Positions 56,392-64,000 of a stretch of DNA of 64,000 bases are shown piece after piece. Source of the DNA: an uncultured Chloroflexia bacterium. Lineage in GTDB: Bacteria; Chloroflexota; Limnocylindria; Limnocylindrales; CSP1-4. The DNA lies in NCBI GenBank assembly GCA_963828165.1, contig CAWHDR010000001.1, positions 1,984,001 to 2,048,000 on the forward strand, read 5' to 3'. Position 1 is the stretch's first letter. Each line of letters opens with the position of its first letter. A program made the translations under genes and the position numbers. Under the pieces are notes generated by a model. The model saw nothing but the letters and a program-made list of their open reading frames with translations. It was not told the DNA's origin and did no database searches.

Positions 56392-56982
56392 CTAGCGTGT
56401 CACGCCGTAGCGGAAGCAGCCCGGCAGGTGATCGTCGACGAGGCCCACGCTCTGCATGAAGGCGTAGACGATCGTCGAGCCGACGAACCGGAAGCCGCGC
56501 CGCTTCAGGTCGGCCGACAGCGCGTCCGAGACCGGGGTCGTGGCCGGGATGTCGCCCACCGTCGCGGAGCCGGGCATCCGCGCCGGTGGGGACGGGACCA
56601 TCGAATCGAGATACGCATCGAACGACCCGAATTCCTCTGCCGTGGCCAGGAACGCCGCCGCATTGCCGATCGTTGCGTCGATCTTGGCGCGATTGCGGAC
56701 GATCCCGGCGTCGGCCATGAGGCGCGCTCGGTCGCCATCGTCGAAGGCAGCCACGACTTGCGGATCGAACCCGCGGAACGCCTCCCGGAAGGCATCGCGC
56801 TTGTTGAGGATCGTCGACCACGACAGCCCGGCCTGGAACGACTCCAGGGCGAGCCGCTCGAAGAGCTCGATGTCGTCGTGCGTCGGTACGCCCCATTCAT
56901 CGTCGTGGTAGGCGACCATGCGCGGATCCGCCCCGGCACCGGCCGCATCCGACCACCAGCAGCGTTGGAGCCCGTCGGTCAT
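56392..56982 (-). CDS. tag: DNA-3-methyladenine glycosylase I
   Basis: RCWW, YHDDEWG, LESFQAGLSW, GIVRNRAKI, LKRRGFRFVG, DDHLPGC. Confidence 0.95.
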   Translation of the reverse strand: MTDGLQRCWWSDAAGAGADPRMVAYHDDEWGVPTHDDIELFERLALESFQAGLSWSTILNKRDAFREAFRGFDPQVVAAFDDGDRARLMADAGIVRNRAKIDATIGNAAAFLATAEEFGSFDAYLDSMVPSPPARMPGSATVGDIPATTPVSDALSADLKRRGFRFVGSTIVYAFMQSVGLVDDHLPGCFRYGVTR

Positions 56983-56992
56983 GCCGGGATGG

Positions 56993-58357
56993 TCACGGCA
57001 CCGGCTTGAGATCGAACAGCGTGCTCCGCATCGACGGATCGTCAGCGGGTCGATTGGCGTTGAACACGGAGCGGAACACCGAACCCGACACCTTCCGGGT
57101 CCCGAGGGACCCGATCAACGTCACGCTGATCAGTCGCCCCGACACGCCCCGGTCGCGCAGGTCCAGCGCGGCGATCGTCCCGACGTTCGTTCGGCTGTCG
57201 CGGCCGAACATCGTGGAGAGCTGTGTCCGCGTGTAGGTCCGCGTCTTCCACGTTGCGTAGGGTGAACCGGCGTCGTACGCGGTCCCGTCCGCGCGGCGAT
57301 CGCCCGATCCGCGCAGATAGCTCACCGGTCCCGCGACCTTCGCCCCGGTCGGGCTGACGTAGACGTTCTCGTTGTGCTCCGTGGCGCCGCCCCCGGTGGA
57401 GTGGAACAGCGTGTTCGCGATGGTCGAGCCACTCTTGAGGACGACGCCGGCGGTGGCCTTGATCGCCGCAGTCGTGGTCGCCTTCTCACCGAGGACCCCG
57501 AGGTAGATCTGCGAGGTCGAGTCGTCGTCCACGTCGAAGTACGAAGCGCCCGGTCGCAGCCGTCGGGCCGCGTAGGAGCGCGCGGCGATCGATTGCGCCT
57601 TCAGCGCTTCCGCCGGCCAGGTCGACGGCATCTCGGACGGCACGACGCCCTGCAGGTAGCCCTCGAGCGAGCGCTCGTTCGTCGCGCTGGCCAACGCTTC
57701 CGTATTCTTCAGCCCGACGCGCATGGTCCCGCGGTACTGGTCGTAGGACGAGGTTCGCGAGGCGACCTGGAAAAGCGTGTTCGTGGTCAGGCCACGCAGC
57801 CGGAACGACTTGATGGCACCCGCCCGGAGGATCGTTCCGTCCGGCGCGCTGACCTTGACGCGCCACGCCACCGTCGTGCCCGAGGCCGACTTCGTGATCG
57901 TGGGCCGGATCTCCATGCGCGAATCCTTCGGGTAGAGCGTCGCGCTGCCATCGAAGCGCCATTCCCCTCGGCGCCCGTAGAGCACGAGTGGCCGGGTCGC
58001 CGTCGCCTTGAAGTCCCGCAGCACGCGCACCCGGATCTGGGTGTCGAGCGCGACCGATCCAGGCGTAGCGCCCCGGTAGTAATGGGCAAGGATCTCGGCC
58101 GATGTCGCGCCGTCGAGCGCCCGGCCGCGTGCGCCGTGCTGACTCATCCCCACGCCGTGACCGTAGCCGCGCCCATGGATGGTGACCGTGGATCCTACGG
58201 CCGTCGTGCCGGCCGGGACGGAGGCCGTTGCGAGCGTCGGTCCTGCGGCCTGGACCGGGGCAGGGGGCGCCGCGGGGACGATGGTGCAGATCGCCAGGAG
58301 CGCCACGGCGATGGGCATCGACGGGCGAACTCGCGATCGATCCTGGGCGAACGGCAT
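56993..58357 (-). CDS. SpoIID/LytB domain secreted protein
   Basis: Signal peptide, GRGYGHGVGMSQHGA, ILAHYY, YLQGVVPSEMP..W..EALKAQSIAARSYA, HSTGGG; start 58357 or 58318. Confidence 0.88.
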   Translation of the reverse strand: MPFAQDRSRVRPSMPIAVALLAICTIVPAAPPAPVQAAGPTLATASVPAGTTAVGSTVTIHGRGYGHGVGMSQHGARGRALDGATSAEILAHYYRGATPGSVALDTQIRVRVLRDFKATATRPLVLYGRRGEWRFDGSATLYPKDSRMEIRPTITKSASGTTVAWRVKVSAPDGTILRAGAIKSFRLRGLTTNTLFQVASRTSSYDQYRGTMRVGLKNTEALASATNERSLEGYLQGVVPSEMPSTWPAEALKAQSIAARSYAARRLRPGASYFDVDDDSTSQIYLGVLGEKATTTAAIKATAGVVLKSGSTIANTLFHSTGGGATEHNENVYVSPTGAKVAGPVSYLRGSGDRRADGTAYDAGSPYATWKTRTYTRTQLSTMFGRDSRTNVGTIAALDLRDRGVSGRLISVTLIGSLGTRKVSGSVFRSVFNANRPADDPSMRSTLFDLKPVP

Positions 58358-58473
58358 ACGGTCCCTTCTGCGGCGGGGACGAAGCATGCCCGGTGCATCC
58401 TGTCGACGGCCATGGGCCCAAGGGGCCACGGCGCGGCCAGTCGATGGGCCTACCGGACGGCTACGCTGTCGAT

Positions 58474-59019
58474 ATGGAACTCCATTGTTTTCTGGGCCAC
58501 GGGGCGTCGGGGTCGGCGGCCAGCATGACACCGTACGTCAACGGGCTGCATGCCCGTGGGATCGCCGCGACCGCGATCGACCTGCCACGTCGGCGCGCCG
58601 AAGAGGCCATCCCGGCCTTCCATTTGGTCGTGCCGCGCGAGCCGACGGTCGTCGTGGGTGGCCAGTCCTTCGGCGGTCGGGTCGCCAGCCTGGCGGCGGC
58701 CGAACCCGAGGCGCCGTACGCCGCGCTCGTGCTGTTCAGCTATCCCCTCCATCCGCCCGGCTCACCCGAGAAGGCCGAGGCCCGGACGAGCCACTGGCCG
58801 CGGATCCGCTGCCCGGTGCTGCTTTTGTCGGGCGAATCGGACCCGTTCGCGAAGCTCGACCTGTTGCGCGCCGCGGTCCCGACCTTGGGTGGACCGGCCG
58901 AGCTCGTCACCTACCCGAAACTGGGCCACGGCCTGATGCCCGTGCTCGACGACGTGCTCGATCGCGTCGCGGCGTTCCTGGCCGCCAACCCTCACGTTTC
59001 GTCCGACCCCTTGCCCTGA
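58474..59019 (+). CDS. Small alpha/beta hydrolase
   Basis: LGHGASG, GGQSFGGR, YPLHPPG, LSGESDPF, GHGL; TACGCT-N6-ATG start. Confidence 0.85.
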   Translation: MELHCFLGHGASGSAASMTPYVNGLHARGIAATAIDLPRRRAEEAIPAFHLVVPREPTVVVGGQSFGGRVASLAAAEPEAPYAALVLFSYPLHPPGSPEKAEARTSHWPRIRCPVLLLSGESDPFAKLDLLRAAVPTLGGPAELVTYPKLGHGLMPVLDDVLDRVAAFLAANPHVSSDPLP

Positions 59020-59201
59020 CCGTTCGAGCGCCCTATGGTGGGCGACCTCCGGGGGGGCCGGCGCCCACCGTGCCCGCCTGGACGATCCGCGTCGCTGCCG
59101 GAGTCCCCAGCCGGCGGGCCCCCAAGCCCGTCCAACGCTCCGGCCCGACCGAGCCGACGTTCGATGCGCTCACCGCATCGACGCGGTAGGGAGGAGCCAC
59201 A

Positions 59202-60041
59202 TTGCGAGTCTTGTCCGGCCGCCGTAGCGCGGTCCTCGTCGTCGCACTTGCGACGATCCTCGTCCTCACGGCATCGGGCTCTGCGGCCCTCGCCGCGAAG
59301 TCCCCGCCCGGTCTGGCCAAGTTCAAGGCCGCCATCGGCCGGATCGAGTCCGGCGGCAGGTACACCGCGCGGAACCCCAAATCCGGCGCGTATGGCAAGT
59401 ACCAGATCATGCCGGCGAACTGGCCGTCGTGGGCGCGCCAGTACCTCGGCAACGCGAATGCTCGCCCGACCCCGGCGAACCAGGAGAAGGTCGCCTCGGG
59501 CAAGATGAGCTCGCTCTACCGCTGGCTCGGCAGCTGGAAGCGGGTCGCTTACTGGTGGCTGACCGGTTCGTCCCGGACGACGGGATGGTCCAGTTACGCG
59601 AAGCGCTATGTCGCCACGGTCATGCGCTATTACCGCGCGGCCGGTGGCAAGGCCGCCCCGAAGGCTGCCCGCTGGGTCGCGAGCGAACGCTCCAAGGCCA
59701 TCGACTTCAGCGGGACGTGGCGGAGCGCCAGGCATCGCGGCTACGGCGGCGATCGCGTCATCTACGCGACGTCGGCCGGCGCCAGCGCGACGTTCACGTT
59801 CGTCGGCAGAAAGGTCGCATGGAGCGGCCCGACGGGCCCGACGCGCGGCAAGGCCAAGGTCTACATCGACGGGAAGTACGCCAAGACGGTGAACATGAAC
59901 CGCCGGTCCTTCGACCCCCGAGCGACCCTGTTCCAGGCCAGCTGGAAGTCAGCCGGCGAGCACAGCCTCAAGATCGTCGTCCTCGGCACCAAGGGCCACC
60001 CGATGGTCGCGATCGACGACTTCGTCGTCCTGAAGAAATAA
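59202..60041 (+). CDS. Secreted lytic transglycosylase (SLT-like) with C-terminal beta-sandwich
   Basis: GGAGGAG SD with TTG start, signal peptide, IESGG..Y..A.N..SGAYGKYQIMP, C-terminal AKVYIDG...VAIDDF. Confidence 0.8.
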   Translation: MRVLSGRRSAVLVVALATILVLTASGSAALAAKSPPGLAKFKAAIGRIESGGRYTARNPKSGAYGKYQIMPANWPSWARQYLGNANARPTPANQEKVASGKMSSLYRWLGSWKRVAYWWLTGSSRTTGWSSYAKRYVATVMRYYRAAGGKAAPKAARWVASERSKAIDFSGTWRSARHRGYGGDRVIYATSAGASATFTFVGRKVAWSGPTGPTRGKAKVYIDGKYAKTVNMNRRSFDPRATLFQASWKSAGEHSLKIVVLGTKGHPMVAIDDFVVLKK

Positions 60042-60066
60042 CCCCTCCGGGACTGGCGGCGCGGCG

Positions 60067-60447
60067 TCAGCGCGCCGCCAGGACCTCGATCTCGATGCGG
60101 TAGTCGGCGGCGAGGGCGGTCACGCCCACGGTCGCCCGGGTCGGTGGCTCGGTCGGGAAGTACTCGCGATAGACGTCGTTCATCGCCGCGAACTCGCTGA
60201 AGTCGCGCAGATAGACCGTGCACTTCACGACGTCCCCGAAGCCCAGCCCGACTGCCTCGAGCAGCCGGCCGACGTTATCGAGCATGGCGCGGGTCTCCGC
60301 GGCGATGCCGCCAGGGACGGCGCCGTGGGTCCCGGGCGCGTCGCCGACTTGCCCTGCCAGGAACACGAACCCGTTGGCCTCGACGACCTGTGAGAACGGA
60401 TAGTCGCTCGGCGGGATGCCAGGGAGCTGTGGGACGGTCTTGGGCAC
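60067..60447 (-). CDS. RidA/YjgF family enamine deaminase
   Basis: PFSQ, VFLAGQ, VVKCTVYL, FAAMNDVY, PTRATV, IEIE; AAGGAGG SD. Confidence 0.9.
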   Translation of the reverse strand: MPKTVPQLPGIPPSDYPFSQVVEANGFVFLAGQVGDAPGTHGAVPGGIAAETRAMLDNVGRLLEAVGLGFGDVVKCTVYLRDFSEFAAMNDVYREYFPTEPPTRATVGVTALAADYRIEIEVLAAR

Positions 60448-60479
60448 GAAGCACCTCCTTGGTCAGAGTGTGCCGCACG

Positions 60480-60512
60480 GACGAGCCGCAGACGAGCCGC
60501 AGACGAGCCGCA
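60480..60512. repeat. Three perfect tandem 11-bp repeats
   Basis: GACGAGCCGCA x3 between the kinase stop and the RidA SD. Confidence 0.9.
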
Positions 60513-60519
60513 TGCGGCG

Positions 60520-61656
60520 TCAGAGTCGGCGCTCGGCCGCCTCGACGGCGCGTCGACTCCACCAGGCGAGATCGTCGGCGGCCGACATCCGCGACGCGAG
60601 GACCACGCCGGCCTCGGCGTCGAGCGCCTTCCGCCACCCGCGCAGCAGCAAGCCCACGATCCAGGTCAGGTCCGCCTGGGCTTCCCAGTCGCCGGTCAGG
60701 CCGGCGAAGTCGTGCGCGTCGTCGCCGAATCCCCAGCGCCCGCTGTCCCATTCGAGCGCCTGGCGGTACTCCGCGACGATCGACTCCGGCTTGGCCGGGA
60801 GCGAGCCGCTGTTGGACACCAGGAACCAGCCAAGATCGACGGCGATCGGCGCGCGCAGCGTCATCTGCCAATCGATGAAGCCGACCCGATCCTCCGGTAG
60901 CAGAGCCACGTTGGCCAGCTTGAGATCGCCGTGCAGCCCGACGGATGGCAGCCGTCCGAGCGCATCGACCAGCGGCGTCGGGTCCGCCCCGAGGTCGTCC
61001 ACGAGCTTCCGCGCCGTCTCCGGCGCGCGCCGGTCGAACGCGTCCCAGCCCGCGAGGAAACGCTGGCCCACGGTGTTGCCCGCTGCCGCGTAGGACTCGG
61101 CCGAAGGTCGGGCCAGCAGCGTGAGGCGCTCCGCGAGCGGGCACCACGGGGGTGGCGGCTCGCCCTCGCGCTCGCTCGCCGATTCGAGCACCCGGCTCCA
61201 GGGCATCGCGTGGAGCCGCGCGACCGACTCGATGACCCGTCGGAGGGTCGGATCGTCGATCACCGGGTCGTGCCCGGGCCGCTCCCAGGCAATGAGCTCG
61301 GTCGAGAGGTCGGGCATGAGGATCGCGACGCCCTCGCCGTCGGCGGCGGCGCCGAGATAAGCGATCGACGTGCGCGGTAGCCATGCCATGACCTCGGTCG
61401 GGCGGGCCGCGAGCCAGCCCTCGCGCAGCTCGTCGTCGCGGGTTGCCTGGGCGATCCAGTCCGTGGCGACCGAAGTCCGCTTCAGGACGTAGTGCCGGCC
61501 GACCGGATCGATGAGGCCGGTGAAGGTCGCACCGGACCAGCCGTCGGTCGGGAACGCATGCTCGGGGCTCAGCTCGAGTCCGTGCTCGGTCAGCAGGTCC
61601 AGCAGGGTTCGATCGCGCCAACCCACGACCATCGGGTCAGCAGGGCGCCGGGACAT
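60520..61656 (-). CDS. Aminoglycoside/choline-kinase-like phosphotransferase
   Basis: YVLKR, ILMPDL, ARLHA, LHGDLKLANV, FIDWQ, DLGWF. Confidence 0.85.
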   Translation of the reverse strand: MSRRPADPMVVGWRDRTLLDLLTEHGLELSPEHAFPTDGWSGATFTGLIDPVGRHYVLKRTSVATDWIAQATRDDELREGWLAARPTEVMAWLPRTSIAYLGAAADGEGVAILMPDLSTELIAWERPGHDPVIDDPTLRRVIESVARLHAMPWSRVLESASEREGEPPPPWCPLAERLTLLARPSAESYAAAGNTVGQRFLAGWDAFDRRAPETARKLVDDLGADPTPLVDALGRLPSVGLHGDLKLANVALLPEDRVGFIDWQMTLRAPIAVDLGWFLVSNSGSLPAKPESIVAEYRQALEWDSGRWGFGDDAHDFAGLTGDWEAQADLTWIVGLLLRGWRKALDAEAGVVLASRMSAADDLAWWSRRAVEAAERRL

Positions 61657-62053
61657 CGTCGCTGCCGTCCGGCCCGCCGTCGAGGTACACGACGTGCGAA
61701 TCGGGGCAGTTCCGGGTCAGGACGACGACCAGTGGCTCGTCCGACGAGGCGTTCTCCTCGACGTGGACCTCGCCGGCCGGGATGTAGATGACGTCGCCGG
61801 TGCCGGCGCCCATCTCGTGCTCGGTGCCCGTCGGGCCCCACGTGTAGCGGGCCGTCCCGGACAGGATGTAGATCGAGGTCTCGCACTCGCCGTGGTGGTG
61901 GATGCGCGTCTTCTCGCCCGGCGCGGTCGACACCAGGGCCGTGTACAGCTGGTCGGCCCCGACCGTCGGCCGCGAGATCGCGATCGAACGCTCCATGCCG
62001 GGGTGCTGACCCACGGTCGTGTGCCGATCGTCGGGGCGGATGCGGGTGGCCAT
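61637..62053 (-). CDS. Cupin domain protein
   Basis: IHHHGECETSIYILSG, GDVIYIPAGEVHVEEN; TATCAT-N6-ATG start. Confidence 0.85.
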   Translation of the reverse strand: MATRIRPDDRHTTVGQHPGMERSIAISRPTVGADQLYTALVSTAPGEKTRIHHHGECETSIYILSGTARYTWGPTGTEHEMGAGTGDVIYIPAGEVHVEENASSDEPLVVVLTRNCPDSHVVYLDGGPDGSDDVPAPC

Positions 62054-62083
62054 CGCCCGATGATAGGCCGCTACCATCCGACC

Positions 62084-63064
62084 ATGTCCGTCCCGGCACG
62101 CGAACTCCCGCGCATCCGGCTGTTCGATGCGCCGTCGCCACTCGCGCCGCTGCCTCGATTCTCCGCGGCCCTGGGCGGCCGTGCCGAGATCTGGATCAAG
62201 CGCGAGGACCTGCTGCCGCTCGCCTTCGGCGGCAACAAGCTGCGCAATCTCGAATTCCTCGTCGGCGCGGCACTGGCCGACGGGGCGGACACCCTGGTCA
62301 CGAGCGGGCGCCGCTGGTCGAACCACTGCCGCTTGACCGCGGCGGCCGGCGCCGCGGCGGGCCTCGCCGTGGAGCTGGTGCTGTCCGGGCCACCCACCTC
62401 CGTCCCCGGGCCCGGCGTACGGCTCATGCAGGCGCTCGGGGCGACGGTGCATCAGCTGCCCACCGCGGACCGGGCGGCGCGGGACGTGGAGGTGTCACGG
62501 GTGGCGGGGGATGTCGTCGCGCGTGGCGGGCGGCCGTACGTGATCGATGTGGGGGGCTCGGGCGTGCTCGGGGCGTTCGGCCAGTCGCTGGCCGGTCAGG
62601 AGCTGTTCGACCAGGCCGACGCCCTGGGTCTCACCGTCGATCGCATCGTCGTGCCGTCGGCCACGGGCGGGACGCAGGCCGGGTTGATCGTCGCGGCCGC
62701 CAGCCGCTCCCCGGCGACGCGTGTCGCGGGCGTGATCGTCGCCCGTCCTGCGTCCGAGCTGCGACCGGCGATCGGATCGATGGTCCGCGGCCTGGACTCG
62801 GACGCCGCCGCGGGCGTCGACTCGAACGAGGCGATCGATCTCGACGAGCGTGAGCTCGGCGACGGGTACGGGCGGCCGACGGCCGAGGCTGGCGCGGCGG
62901 GCGACCTCCTGGCCCGGACCGAGGGGATCCTGGTCGATCCGATCTATACGGCCAAGGCGCTCGCGAGCCTCGTCTCCAGGGTGCGCAACGGCGCCGTCGA
63001 CGGGCAACGGATCGTGTTCTGGCACGCCGGCGGCCTGCCCGGGATCTTCGAGCCGCTGGACTGA
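62084..63064 (+). CDS. D-cysteine desulfhydrase / ACC deaminase family PLP enzyme
   Basis: IKRED, GGNKLRNLEF, SNHCR, ATGGTQAG, DPIYTAKA (Thr rather than the Glu typical of ACC deaminases), WHAGG. Confidence 0.85.
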   Translation: MSVPARELPRIRLFDAPSPLAPLPRFSAALGGRAEIWIKREDLLPLAFGGNKLRNLEFLVGAALADGADTLVTSGRRWSNHCRLTAAAGAAAGLAVELVLSGPPTSVPGPGVRLMQALGATVHQLPTADRAARDVEVSRVAGDVVARGGRPYVIDVGGSGVLGAFGQSLAGQELFDQADALGLTVDRIVVPSATGGTQAGLIVAAASRSPATRVAGVIVARPASELRPAIGSMVRGLDSDAAAGVDSNEAIDLDERELGDGYGRPTAEAGAAGDLLARTEGILVDPIYTAKALASLVSRVRNGAVDGQRIVFWHAGGLPGIFEPLD

Positions 63065-63100
63065 CGCCCGACATTCCCTGATGGGGCGTCGGCGAGAGAG

Positions 63101-64000
63101 TCACTCCCCGGCGGACCGCCACGCGTCGCGGATCTTCATCCGGCCCGCCGTCTGGAGCACCGCGCCGGCGTAGACCCGCGCGCCGATGTTGAACAAGACC
63201 CAGATCCCGGCCACCGTGACCACGACCGACAGCAGGATCTCGAGCGGTCCGATCGCATCGAATGCCGCGCGCAACGGAACGACGAACGGCGCTGACGGCG
63301 GCAGGTACGTCGCGACCTGGGCGATGGGTCCGGACGGATCGTTGGTCACGGCGAAGATCGCCACGAAATAGCTGATCATCGCGACCATCGTGACCGGCGT
63401 CGATGCGTTCGATGCCTCCTCCATGCGCGACGCCAGGGCCCCGAGGAAGCCGAGCGCGGTGGAGTACAGCGCGTAGCCGAGGATGAACCAGAGCACCAGC
63501 AGCGGGATCGCGGCCGGCGTGGTGTCGGGCAGCCCGAAGCGGTCCGTTAGCACGGCCGCCCCGAGCGCCGCGGCGACGAAGACGGCCAGCTGGATCAGGC
63601 CCAGGACACCGATGCCCATGACCTTGCCCATGAGGAGGTCGCGCGGGCGAACGGTCGAGAGGACGACCTCCACGACGCGGCTCTGCTTCTCTTCCACGAC
63701 GCCAGTGAGCACCGTGAACCCGAAGCTGAAGATGCCCACGAGGATCAGCACGGCGCCGATGTTCGCGAACAGGAACTGCGCCTCGTCCGCCTCGGTCTGC
63801 GGGTCCAGCGCATGGACGGTCGGTGATCGCTGGGCGGCAAGCATCTCCGCTGGCGGGACGCCCGCCTCGGTCACCACGGCCTGCGTTCGCAACGCGACCA
63901 CCGAAGCCGTTACGAGCTGGGTCACGAACTGGTCCGGTTCCTCGTCGAAACGGATCTCGCCGGGACCGGACAGGTCGGCCGGCACGATCGCGACGCCTTC
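63101..64000 (-). CDS. ABC-2 type permease (NatB/YhaP-like), 5' end outside the window
   Basis: GVVEEKQSRVVEVVLS...LLMGKVMG, PPSAPFVVP, GARVY; frame open to the window edge. Confidence 0.85.
   Translation of the reverse strand, partial: EGVAIVPADLSGPGEIRFDEEPDQFVTQLVTASVVALRTQAVVTEAGVPPAEMLAAQRSPTVHALDPQTEADEAQFLFANIGAVLILVGIFSFGFTVLTGVVEEKQSRVVEVVLSTVRPRDLLMGKVMGIGVLGLIQLAVFVAAALGAAVLTDRFGLPDTTPAAIPLLVLWFILGYALYSTALGFLGALASRMEEASNASTPVTMVAMISYFVAIFAVTNDPSGPIAQVATYLPPSAPFVVPLRAAFDAIGPLEILLSVVVTVAGIWVLFNIGARVYAGAVLQTAGRMKIRDAWRSAGE

Overview
A high-GC (roughly 70% by eye), gene-dense bacterial chromosomal segment with about 57 protein-coding genes. I saw no rRNA, tRNA, CRISPR array, transposase, integrase or phage structural genes. 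Gene style (pervasive TANNNT-N6-10-ATG leaderless starts, thyX, PolX-PHP, Rv0386-type cyclase-STAND, C-terminally anchored ABC binding protein) fits a soil or freshwater Chloroflexota, possibly Limnocylindria; this taxonomy is inference only. From left to right the window holds: the end of a polysaccharide locus (Wzx, GT4, epimerase, WecA-like, CapD-like); two GAF-GGDEF cyclases; PolX; a TPR/HIRAN-like protein; a large degenerate methyltransferase-Zn-nuclease protein; amine-catabolic genes with IclR; an XRE-nuclease beside a tandem repeat; mscS and acs; a coiled-coil/CpaE-MinD pair; moaA; a DnaA-box cluster with promoter and structured non-coding region; PNP, AlkZ-like and thyX; a cyclase-STAND/two cNMP-binding proteins/FOXRED2-like flavoprotein module; a CocE/SolA/Dpp-type ABC cluster; aquaporin and tag; two peptidoglycan hydrolases; RidA, kinase, cupin and D-cysteine desulfhydrase-like genes. 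Best candidates for undescribed biology: (1) the apparently inactive methyltransferase-Zn ribbon-nuclease with a C-terminal beta-clamp-like QMPLF motif, (2) the DnaA-box-fronted ~200-nt structured RNA, (3) the cyclic-nucleotide/flavoprotein module, (4) 22-bp-phased GTAC motifs shared by three promoters. All family assignments come from motif recognition by eye, not database searches.
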